From: Bacillus subtilis subsp. subtilis str. 168
GTDB lineage: Bacteria > Bacillota > Bacilli > Bacillales > Bacillaceae
NCBI RefSeq assembly: GCF_000009045.1
Contig: NC_000964.3
Coordinates: 1,984,001-2,048,000 of the forward strand
Direction: 5' to 3'
Length of the DNA: 64,000 bases
The translations under genes were made by a program, and so were the position numbers. This document shows, in pieces, positions 52,039 through 60,955 of the stretch. The notes below the pieces were generated by a model that ran no database searches, was not told the DNA's origin, and saw only the letters and a list, made by a program, of their open reading frames with translations. How positions within the stretch are numbered: position 1 is the stretch's first letter; every line of letters begins with the position of its first letter.

Positions 52039-52722
52039 ATGTGCGGCAGGTTTACTTTGTACTCTGCATTTGATGATATTATTGACCAGTTTGACATCGA
52101 TCAATTTTTTCCTAAAGGTGAATACCAGCCAAGCTATAATGTCGCACCATCACAAAACATCCTTGCAATCATCAATGATGGATCAAATAATCGCTTAGGC
52201 AAGCTTAGATGGGGACTTATTCCACCTTGGGCAAAAGATGAAAAGATCGGTTATAAAATGATCAATGCTCGAGCCGAAACAATTACCGAGAAACCGGCCT
52301 TTCGAAGACCGCTTGTCAGCAAACGCTGCATCATACCAGCAGACAGTTTTTATGAATGGAAACGGCTTGATTCCAAAACCAAAATCCCAATGCGGATCAA
52401 ATTGAAATCATCTGCTCTTTTTGCGTTTGCTGGCTTATATGAAAAGTGGAGCACACATCAAGGATACCCTCTTTATACCTGCACCATCATAACAACTGAG
52501 CCTAATGAGTTCATGAAAGATATACACGACCGAATGCCGGTTATATTGGCCCATGATCATGAAAAGGAGTGGCTTAACCCCAAAAATACAAGCCCTGATT
52601 ATCTGCAAAGTTTGCTGCTGCCTTATGATGCTGATGACATGGAAGCATACCAGGTTTCATCATTAGTAAATTCACCCAAAAATAATTCAGCTGAGCTTCT
52701 TGATGCAGAAAATCATATGTAG
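52039..52722 (+). CDS. yoaM: SRAP/HMCES family abasic-site-protecting protein
   Basis: Starts MCGRF (catalytic Cys2); INARAET, FYEW and HDRMPVIL motifs. Confidence 0.92.
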   Translation: MCGRFTLYSAFDDIIDQFDIDQFFPKGEYQPSYNVAPSQNILAIINDGSNNRLGKLRWGLIPPWAKDEKIGYKMINARAETITEKPAFRRPLVSKRCIIPADSFYEWKRLDSKTKIPMRIKLKSSALFAFAGLYEKWSTHQGYPLYTCTIITTEPNEFMKDIHDRMPVILAHDHEKEWLNPKNTSPDYLQSLLLPYDADDMEAYQVSSLVNSPKNNSAELLDAENHM

Positions 52723-52793
52723 TGATTGAAAAAATTCTCTAGCAAGAACTTGTCAAATAGCTTTGTTCCTTAGGTGCCAATCCCTCTAGTAAT

Positions 52794-52823
52794 TATGAAT
52801 ATTTAGTACATAGATCAATTAGT
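52794..52823 (-). other. Replication terminator (TerIII), same polarity as TerI
   Basis: Reverse complement ACTAATTGATCTATGTACTAAATATTCATA matches the Ter core. The name TerIII is from recollection of the published set. Confidence 0.85.
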
Positions 52824-52836
52824 TATCTTTAGCATC

Positions 52837-52864
52837 AGTTTGAAATAATTTTATTATGTAAACT
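52837..52864 (+). other. dif-like 28-bp site (11-6-11)
   Basis: AGTTTGAAATA-ATTTTA-TTATGTAAACT. The right arm equals the B. subtilis dif RipX arm; the left arm is degenerate. Confidence 0.5.
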
Positions 52865-53062
52865 TAAATAAGCAATGTTATTCCTTTCATATAAAATAGT
52901 TTACATTTTTATAAAATCGCTTCACTTTTCTATTTTGTCAGCAAAAAAACTGAACCACATTAAACTTATGAAACCTGCCGCACCTGTGGATTGCAAATAT
53001 GATATAAGCCCATAGAGGTAAATCCATACACTTTCCCTCCTAAGAATTAAATGAAATTTCTT

Positions 53063-53368
53063 TCATCTTACATGAAGGTCTTCTTTCTTTTGTTTATCCA
53101 GTGTAATACTTAATAATATGTTGATGAATGCAGCTGGAAAATATATAAATCCCACTCCAAGAATGCCTAGTATCGTACTTAAACTTACTATGTAATTCTT
53201 TGTCATCGTTTGACTGTCAATCAATATTAGAAGTGAAATCAATCCAGCTAAAACACCTATAAACCAAGCATCGCCAACAGCATAAGAATCATCCAGCATC
53301 CCTAACCATCGCCCCAATATAGAGCTCCCAATGGCAGTCAAACTGGATAAAAATATGAGTGCTTTCAT
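53063..53368 (-). CDS. yozS: Small hydrophobic membrane protein
   Basis: 101 aa from MKALIFL with an AAAGGAGG RBS; three TM segments. Confidence 0.75.
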
Positions 53369-53600
53369 TTCTTCTCCTCCTTTAAAGCCAATCAAACTGG
53401 TAGAAATCGGCCATTGAATCCCCATTATCGAATGGTTACCATTTCATTTCCACATTAACATTTTAAAGCTCATTACAATACGATTCAAGCAGAAAAACCC
53501 TACATAACGTATATATAGGGATTTAATAAAACACAGGCCAAAATTCAGCTCTATCTACTTTAAAAAGATATGAAGGGCAGCTGTGTGATCTGTTACGTCT

Positions 53601-54779
53601 TTACGTACCGGGATATTTCACAACAGGCACTTTCTTCTTGCGCAGAGAATCAAGCATGACTGATCCAGCATTCAAGTTGCTTTGTACTAATTCTTTAGGC
53701 GTCAATGCCATCCACTGATTGAGTGACACATCTGCATAGCGGTTACTTTTGAACATTTCTAAAAACCATAATGTTTCTGTACCAGTGTTTTGTATATAGT
53801 GTCCGGCATTAGAAGGCACGTATCCAACGTCGCCTGCTCTATAATCAAATGTGCGGGCAGTCCCATTTCCGATAAATACCGTCATTCGTCCCTGTCCTGT
53901 TAGATAATATTGCCACTCATCGCTATTGGGATGCCAATGAAGCTCTCTCATCGCGCCAGGCTCAATCTGAACAAGTGCAGCGGCTATCGTTTTTGAAATT
54001 GGGAAGTTAGAAGAATCCACAATTCGTACACTCCCCCCTGGCATTTGAATTGGGGGTTGATTTAACAGCTCGTGTTTAAAGGTCATGGGGACTTTTCCAT
54101 ATGGTGACTGAATGTCTTCACTGGCGACTGATCCCGGCACATTCCCTTGGTAGATATAGACTTGCTCAGACGGAAGAGAGTTGAAAGCATTCTCCGGGAC
54201 ACCGAAATTTGCAGACAGAACATCTTTTGGTGTGTGTGCAAGCCAATCTGAAATGGTTAACGTTGAAAACTCAGAAAAGTTCCCATCATCGAAAACGAGC
54301 AGAAACTCGCAGTGTTCCAATCCCTGTATGGAATGCGGAATTCCTGCCGGGAAGTACCAAAGGTCGCCGGGACCAACATCAGCAATGAAATTTCGTCCGT
54401 CTTGGTCAACAGCGGTGATACGTGCCCGTCCCAAAAGCATATAAGCCCACTCCGCTTGCTTATGCCAATGAAGCTCGCGGACGCCTCCCGCAGTTAAGCT
54501 CATGTTTACACCTGCAATCGCAGTCGAAATCGGAAGCTGTCTTACGGTGATTTCTCTTGACCAGCCGCCGTGATCTAATTTCATGGGAGCGTCTGAGAAT
54601 GAAAATCTCAAGTTAGGAATCATACCCTCATCTGTAACAGGCGGAACAAATATATTCGGATTTTGAATATCCCGTATTATATTTCGCGGGCCTGTATCAA
54701 TAGCTCCAGCTCCATCACTTCGAATAGGCTGCGGCACGTTTCTGTCTTCATGATTGATTGGTTGTTGTTCCAACAGCAT
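53601..54779 (-). CDS. oxdD: Oxalate decarboxylase (bicupin, spore coat; yoaN)
   Basis: Two cupin motifs, [11 protein letters not shown] and [12 protein letters not shown]. Confidence 0.93.
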
Positions 54780-54814
54780 GCACCTCGTTTTAGAAATGAA
54801 CAAGATTTTATTTC

Positions 54815-54842
54815 AGCCTATGCAGAATCTTAGATTGCTGTG
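54815..54842 (-). promoter_or_regulatory. SigK-type promoter of oxdD
   Basis: CACA-N16-CATAGGCT fits the SigK consensus. Confidence 0.65.
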
Positions 54843-54901
54843 CCTAGGAATCCGCAAATAAAAAAGTGACCACCAATGTGATCACAAATACATCAAATAA
54901 A

Positions 54902-55390
54902 CTATTTTTTATACCATGGCTTCTTATGTAATTTGATTGCTTCTGTCTGTTTTTTCTGGCCTGTCCTCCACTCCACTTTTACTAATACATCATGACCTAT
55001 CACTTCATCTTCAGGCATATAATCAAAGGTGGAAATATGGTCCTCCATGCGTCCCCCACCCGGCATTTCATCACCTGTGTACTCCGATAAGTCGTACTCA
55101 TCTACGTTATCATCTTGATACTTTTCGCCATCTACATACAGAGTAATTCTTTCAACAACAGTCCACTTTTCTTCCTTCTTACTCCCCTGCCAATATAGAT
55201 TTAGAAAATAATTGGGTCCAATTGAAGTTTTGTCTGATTTTTCAAGGTTAGACATCCACAGTCCGCTTTTCCCGCTGCCCTCATATTTCACTTTGTTCCC
55301 TGACACCATTACAAATAATGTGATGATGCAGATGATCAAGAATCCAGCAATGATCAATAGCCATTTCTTAATATTGTTCTTTTTTCTCAT
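54902..55390 (-). CDS. yoaO: Membrane-anchored hypothetical protein
   Basis: 162 aa; basic N-terminus followed by one TM helix. Confidence 0.75.
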   Translation of the reverse strand: MRKKNNIKKWLLIIAGFLIICIITLFVMVSGNKVKYEGSGKSGLWMSNLEKSDKTSIGPNYFLNLYWQGSKKEEKWTVVERITLYVDGEKYQDDNVDEYDLSEYTGDEMPGGGRMEDHISTFDYMPEDEVIGHDVLVKVEWRTGQKKQTEAIKLHKKPWYKK

Positions 55391-55609
55391 GTTTTTCCTC
55401 ACTTTCCTAACTTTTTAGTAGGAAAATACGATCAAAATGTTACCGAAAAGAAAATAAGAAAGGGCTAATGATCTAACAGATGACTGTCTAAACTTTTGAC
55501 TTAAATTAAAGTGCTTTCTAAAGACAAGATTAAAACGTATAACAGCTCTTAAATGCATTTTTTGTTTCATTGAGTCAAGAACCTTAAAATGGCTTTTTAT
55601 TATTAAAAA

Positions 55610-56365
55610 TCAAGCTAGTGTATTAAGTAACTTTTCAAATTTATTTATACTCATGATCTCGTGAGTCACAAATCTCCCATCAAAAAAAACGCTAAAAGTT
55701 GTCCAAATAGCTGGTGACTTTTGTGCCTCTTCTTTCGATGATAACTGAATTGACTGAAATTGAACCCCTTTCTTTTCAGTCAATTCCCGCAAATCATTTA
55801 TCATGCCCACTGCAAACGGACACTGAGCTGTATAGTATATCGTAATCCCCTTTTCATTGATAGAATCACTTTTCACCTGGCTCTTAAATGCAGGAGAATC
55901 TGCAAGGCCATTCCAAGTCAAAGCCATTAATTGAAAATAAGGGGCAGCTTCATCTTGTAGAGTAAACCCCATATGCTCAAAGAAATGCTTATCACTTAAA
56001 TAGGGCAGTTTTTTCTTGCCTGCGATATGGATAATGCCATCCATGCCGCACGCTTTCGCATCTGCTATACATTTGTCCAACAATCGTTTCGCATGACCGT
56101 TATTTTTATATCTGCCAGACACCCACAGACAATTAATGTACATAAAATTAGGCGCATTGATAGGCACCCATGCCTCATTCGCAGGTAGGTATTCAATAAA
56201 GACTTTTGCCCGTTCATGTAAGCGATAGAACACCAATCCTTCATCCATTCGAGCTTTGAGCCATCTCTTCTTTTCATTAACTGCATGCTCATATTGTTTC
56301 GTGCTTAATGCACAGCAAATATGATTGTCTTCAATATTGTCCTTTGTGATTTCAATGTAGCACAT
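55610..56365 (-). CDS. yoaP: GNAT-like N-terminus plus YoaP thioredoxin-like C-terminus
   Basis: INCLWVSGRYKNNGHAKRLL acetyl-CoA motif; YYTAQCPF in the C-terminal part. Confidence 0.8.
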   Translation of the reverse strand: MCYIEITKDNIEDNHICCALSTKQYEHAVNEKKRWLKARMDEGLVFYRLHERAKVFIEYLPANEAWVPINAPNFMYINCLWVSGRYKNNGHAKRLLDKCIADAKACGMDGIIHIAGKKKLPYLSDKHFFEHMGFTLQDEAAPYFQLMALTWNGLADSPAFKSQVKSDSINEKGITIYYTAQCPFAVGMINDLRELTEKKGVQFQSIQLSSKEEAQKSPAIWTTFSVFFDGRFVTHEIMSINKFEKLLNTLA

Positions 56366-56675
56366 CTCCTCTTTCCCCCCTTTAACATAATTACATGGAA
56401 TTCAACTTCACACTTTACATGCCTAATAGAATAAATACCCGTTCCAACTTAAATACTTTTTCTTTTCCATTTTGCCAATTAACTGTAAAACCCTTCTTTT
56501 ATTCAGATATTATCTTGATTCCTATATCACCCATTTCAAATCCAAAGTGTGTTCATCTTTGAGGATTAGATGCACTGCTTATGCTATAAATACAGTACAC
56601 GAAGTTTTTTATTTGAAGTAATATTTGTTACGGGACAGCAATAGTAAATAAGTGATAAAAGGGGAATTAAACTTG

Positions 56676-57029
56676 GTGGAAAAATGTTATTCTTGTTTAA
56701 TTTGCGGATACAAAGGATTAATTCAAAATCCTTTGTATAAAGGCGAGTATCAAAAAACGTTTGACATTTGTCCATGTTGCGGTTTTGAATTTGGCTACAG
56801 TGAGGATCATGATGTGAGGTTAGGTTTTATTGTAACTCCTGATCATTTAATTGAGGCTGCATTTCAATTGTATCGCAAACAATGGCTTGAGAGCGGGATG
56901 GTAATTGCTCATCCGGAAGATATTCCAGAAGAATTGAAAAATGGCAATTGCTTAAAATTTGAAGTTTTGTTGAAACAATTGAAAAAACTAAATCTTGACA
57001 TAGAAAATTTTGAAATTAGCGGTTTTTAA
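56676..57029 (+). CDS. yoaQ: Cysteine-rich CPCC-type protein
   Basis: CLICG...ICPCCGFEF; likely GTG start at 56676 after AAGGGG. Confidence 0.75.
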   Translation: MEKCYSCLICGYKGLIQNPLYKGEYQKTFDICPCCGFEFGYSEDHDVRLGFIVTPDHLIEAAFQLYRKQWLESGMVIAHPEDIPEELKNGNCLKFEVLLKQLKKLNLDIENFEISGF

Positions 57030-57114
57030 TGATGAAACAGGTTGCACTTGTTTAGGTTTCACTGTCATTATCAGTAAAATGTTAAGTTGAAATGCGCAAT
57101 CAGTCACAAAGTCT

Positions 57115-57285
57115 CTATTCGTATTCAATAAAGACTTTGTGATCATCGACAAACATTTCACTCCCATCGGATAAAGTATCCAAAAGGCCTCCTCTGGTTC
57201 TTCTCTATAGTCATTAATCACAGTCACTTTGACATTTGACTCAGCTATGATTGGTTTTCCAACAATTTTTCGTTTTTTCCTCAGG
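57115..57285 (-). pseudogene. Possible frameshifted small-gene remnant
   Basis: Two protein-like frames (..KPIIAESNVKVTVINDYREEPEEAF and DTLSDGSEMFVDDHKVFIEYE*) join if one T is added to the T4 run near 57182-57185; no clear start. Confidence 0.25.
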
Positions 57286-57329
57286 CAAAGTAAGAGATCG
57301 AATCATCAAAGCCATTCCATCTTTACTGT

Positions 57330-57827
57330 CTAATTAACGCCATCTTCAGTGAATTTAAAGGTCTGTTTTAAATTGCGTCCTTCTTGCCCCTTCTGTGTCC
57401 AAATTATAACAACCTCTAATTCAGAGGCCTTATCTGCCAGCATAAAATGATTGAACTTCAGCGGTGAGCCATCATTTAAACTTTCAGCTAACATTTTAGA
57501 ATCTTCTTTTGGTTTGACACAATTTTCATCGGGACATCCAAAAAGCGAAAACCTTGTGATTGAATTAGGGTCATTTCTATACAATTGCACATCCACTGTA
57601 GCTGCTTTTTCCCCTATATTTTTGACTTCCAAGGAATATACTTGATATTCTCCTTTATGAGGTCTCGTAAATTCCTTTACATTTTTTGCTTCACTTACTT
57701 TTACTGACCACTGGTCTGTTTTTTGTGTAATAGGCAACACCGTAAAAGTCAGGGCATGCGCTTTTGATTGGCAAAACGTAAATCCAACTGCTGTAAAAAC
57801 AATTACAGAAAATAATACCCTTTTCAC
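57330..57827 (-). CDS. yozF: Secreted hypothetical protein
   Basis: 165 aa with signal peptide (AHA cleavage site); GGAGGG RBS. Confidence 0.75.
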   Translation of the reverse strand: MKRVLFSVIVFTAVGFTFCQSKAHALTFTVLPITQKTDQWSVKVSEAKNVKEFTRPHKGEYQVYSLEVKNIGEKAATVDVQLYRNDPNSITRFSLFGCPDENCVKPKEDSKMLAESLNDGSPLKFNHFMLADKASELEVVIIWTQKGQEGRNLKQTFKFTEDGVN

Positions 57828-57927
57828 TTCATTTATCCCTCCTTCCTTTCACTGGCCGCTCCTTAAAGAATTGATTTTGAGCAATCTACAAGCTCTCTTA
57901 ACCAAAACCTTACCTGAGGTTTTGTCT

Positions 57928-58839
57928 TTACTGCTCTGCATTTATTTCTTTCGGTATCCGAGAAGGAGCTTTGGGGATTTTTCTCAATCTGCTGTTAATC
58001 ACATCAGAAGAGTATAGCGTAATAATCATACTTCCCCCATACCTTTTTGCCCGAATTAAGATTGGTTGGTTATATTGGTTTTGAAAGCGAAAGTCAGGAC
58101 CTCCCCAGCTTACCGTCGCATCCCGTCCGGGCGGTACATATGGTACACTTCTAGTATGAGAATAGCGCTGAACGATCTGCAGTCCTGCACGATCTACTGC
58201 ATTAAATAGAGTTGAGGACACCTGACAAATTCCTCCTCCTACACCTTCAGACAACTCCCCTTTTACAATAATGGGTGCACTTTTATATCCTTTGTTCCGA
58301 GTTCTCATTCCCACAACTTGGTTAAACGAAAACGTCTCATTAGGGAAAACAACGTGATTGTCGATTGCTTTTGCAGAAAGAGAAATATTGTGTGAACGGC
58401 TTTTATTGCTTGAGTTAAAATACGTCACGTACTGACCAAGCTGCTGCGTACTGATGTGAGCTAGCAGCTCGCTGTCAACTTTCGGATAAATGTTCATTTC
58501 CGGCACTTCTATCTTGGAGGGACCTTGCCCATAAAAATACGCATAAAACTTTTCCATAAACGCCTGTTGATACAGTTTGTAGCCAACCCTGCCCGGGACG
58601 ATGCTTCCATGATCGTTAAGGACAGCATTTATCGGCTCACGGTACACTTTCTGATCAAGCTGTTTGATGAATTTACTGTATTTTTCATAGTCAACCATTG
58701 GAGTGCCGGGAAGAGGCATTGTAAAGTCTTCACGGTTAACAGTGGCAATCGTCCGTCCTTGCTGTGTGACCGTTAAACTGTCCTGCGGCTCACTCGGCTG
58801 AGCCAATAAAAAAAGACCAGTGATCAAAATTTGTATCAT
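57928..58839 (-). CDS. yoaR: VanW family protein
   Basis: FSFNQVVG, GGGICQVSSTLF and PGRDATVSWG motifs. Confidence 0.88.
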   Translation of the reverse strand: MIQILITGLFLLAQPSEPQDSLTVTQQGRTIATVNREDFTMPLPGTPMVDYEKYSKFIKQLDQKVYREPINAVLNDHGSIVPGRVGYKLYQQAFMEKFYAYFYGQGPSKIEVPEMNIYPKVDSELLAHISTQQLGQYVTYFNSSNKSRSHNISLSAKAIDNHVVFPNETFSFNQVVGMRTRNKGYKSAPIIVKGELSEGVGGGICQVSSTLFNAVDRAGLQIVQRYSHTRSVPYVPPGRDATVSWGGPDFRFQNQYNQPILIRAKRYGGSMIITLYSSDVINSRLRKIPKAPSRIPKEINAEQ

Positions 58840-59027
58840 AAGTCGGTTTACCTCCCAATCATTAGTATGAACAGCCGCTTATCCTTTGATGTATTTCTTC
58901 CCATCGTTTGTTTGAATCTTTAGACGTTGATAAAAACCTTCATAAAAGAGCTTAGCTTTATGTTCACACCGATCCCTGAGCTCACTGAGGCACACGGTTC
59001 ATTCAGTCGGCAAGTTTGAAGTAGTTC

Positions 59028-59058
59028 AGCATCTCCCAGTGATGAGGGATGCTTTTTT
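59028..59058 (+). terminator. Orphan intrinsic terminator in the divergent yoaR-yoaS gap
   Basis: AGCATCTC...GGGATGCT stem followed by TTTTTT. Confidence 0.65.
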
Positions 59059-59120
59059 GTCTTGTCAAAAATGAAAAGGGTCTCCTATAACAACAAAAAA
59101 TCAATCCATTTCAATATTTT

Positions 59121-59153
59121 TTTATTGAGAAACGATAAATTTTTTGTTACATT
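59121..59153 (+). promoter_or_regulatory. SigA promoter of yoaS-yozG with an overlapping dyad
   Basis: TTGAGA-N17-TACATT with a TG extension; dyad TTTATTG-N5-CGATAAA overlaps the -35. Confidence 0.55.
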
Positions 59154-59185
59154 CAATTAGACAACAAATAAATGAGGTGCTTGTT

Positions 59186-59668
59186 ATGAATCGAATGTCG
59201 ACAATTTTTTTAAAGATAGCTTTGGTTCTTATTGGAATTCCAATTCTTGCTTTATGCATTTTTTTAGTGCCTAAGGTAGCCAACTATTCAGCAGAATTAT
59301 TTCCAAATATCGCTTATATAAAATATCTCGTTTTCATCTATTTGTATGTAACGGCGATACCTTTTTACTTTGCTCTTTATCAAGCGTTCAAACTTTTAAG
59401 CTATATTGACAAAAACAAAGCTTTCTCGGGTTTGTCTGTAAGAGCTTTGAAGAATATAAAATATTGCGCAGTCACTATCAGTATCTTTTACGCAGCAGGC
59501 ATGCCTGTCTTTTATCTGATGGCCGAGATAGACGACGCCCCGGGTATCATTGTGATCGGATTGGTTATTATTTTTGCTTCAATGGTGATTGCGGTCTTTG
59601 CTGCTGTTCTTCAAAAACTGTTAAAAGAAGCGATTGATATAAAATCAGAAAATGACTTAACGGTCTGA
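59186..59668 (+). CDS. yoaS: Four-TM membrane protein (DUF2975-like)
   Basis: 160 aa from MNRMST with a GAGGTG RBS; F..L..I.K..AFS...L..IKY pattern. Confidence 0.8.
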   Translation: MNRMSTIFLKIALVLIGIPILALCIFLVPKVANYSAELFPNIAYIKYLVFIYLYVTAIPFYFALYQAFKLLSYIDKNKAFSGLSVRALKNIKYCAVTISIFYAAGMPVFYLMAEIDDAPGIIVIGLVIIFASMVIAVFAAVLQKLLKEAIDIKSENDLTV

Positions 59669-59677
59669 GGTGATGAC

Positions 59678-59932
59678 ATGGCGATTATTATCAACATTGA
59701 TGTGATGCTTGCTAAGAGGAAAATGAGCGTAACAGAGCTTTCAGAGAGAGTTGGCATCACCATGGCTAATCTTTCGATATTAAAAAACGGAAAAGCAAAG
59801 GCTATTCGATTATCAACTTTAGAAGCGATTTGCAAGGCTTTAGAATGTCAGCCCGGGGATATATTGGAATACCGAAGTGATGAAGACACAGGATTCGTAA
59901 AGAAAAAATATGAAGGATCAACAGAAAAATAA
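59678..59932 (+). CDS. yozG: Xre/Cro-C1 family HTH regulator
   Basis: MSVTELSERVGITMANLSILKNGKAKAIRLSTLEAICKALECQPGDIL. Confidence 0.88.
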   Translation: MAIIINIDVMLAKRKMSVTELSERVGITMANLSILKNGKAKAIRLSTLEAICKALECQPGDILEYRSDEDTGFVKKKYEGSTEK

Positions 59933-60037
59933 AGTGATTGGCGGTGAGCTTATGGACATAAACTTATATCCATCTAGCTGCTATACTAAGCGTCCCTTTC
60001 ATACACGAAGAACACAACTATGGAGGAGGCATACATC

Positions 60038-60832
60038 ATGAGAGCCATAAAACAAATCGTCCATTTTGGCTGGGAACAAGCCCTTTCATGTTTGTTTCCT
60101 GCCGTTATTTTTGCCTCTTTGGCTATTACGCAAATCATCCCACTGCCCTTCTTGCCGCGGTATGACTGGCTGCTCATTATCTGCGTTCTCATGCAATTGT
60201 GGATGGTGCGTTCCGGTCTTGAGACACGGGATGAATTAAAAGTGATCACATTATTCCACCTTATTGGGCTTGCTCTGGAACTTTTTAAAGTCCATATGGG
60301 CTCCTGGTCTTATCCAGAAGAAGGATACTCCAAAATATTTGGAGTACCTTTGTATAGCGGCTTTATGTACGCAAGTGTAGCCAGTTATTTGTGCCAGGCA
60401 TGGAGAAGGCTTAAGGTTGAACTGGTTAAGTGGCCGTCTTTTTTTGCAGTTGTTCCGCTTGCCGCAGCGATTTATTTGAATTTTTTCACCCACCATTTTT
60501 CTATAGACATTCGATGGTGGTTATCAGGGCTTGTCATCATTGTCTTTTGGCAAACATGGGTTACATACGAGGTGAATGGAGCTCGTTACCGTATGCCGCT
60601 CGCACTTTCTTTTATACTCATCGGATTTTTTATATGGATAGCGGAAAATATCGCTACGTTTTTTGGAGCTTGGAAATATCCAAACCAAATCGATACATGG
60701 AGTCTCGTACACCTTGGAAAGGTAAGTTCATGGCTCTTGCTAGTGATTGTTAGCTTTCTTATAGTAGCATCATTAAAACAAGTTAAGGAGCAGAGTCCCA
60801 CAAAGGCAGAGATGGATGAATCTTTTTCTTAG
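60038..60832 (+). CDS. yoaT: Integral membrane protein (DUF817-like)
   Basis: 264 aa, multiple TM segments; GVPLYSGFMYASV and WIAENIATFFGAW motifs. Confidence 0.8.
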   Translation: MRAIKQIVHFGWEQALSCLFPAVIFASLAITQIIPLPFLPRYDWLLIICVLMQLWMVRSGLETRDELKVITLFHLIGLALELFKVHMGSWSYPEEGYSKIFGVPLYSGFMYASVASYLCQAWRRLKVELVKWPSFFAVVPLAAAIYLNFFTHHFSIDIRWWLSGLVIIVFWQTWVTYEVNGARYRMPLALSFILIGFFIWIAENIATFFGAWKYPNQIDTWSLVHLGKVSSWLLLVIVSFLIVASLKQVKEQSPTKAEMDESFS

Positions 60833-60955
60833 CATACGCATACAAGCTCCCAAATAGAGTGAAAAGCAACGTTCAAATGGTTGCTTTTTTCTTTTATGTA
60901 ACTCTGCCGGTGAGTATTCATCTTCTTCAAATTTCATCGCAACACGATAACTGAT

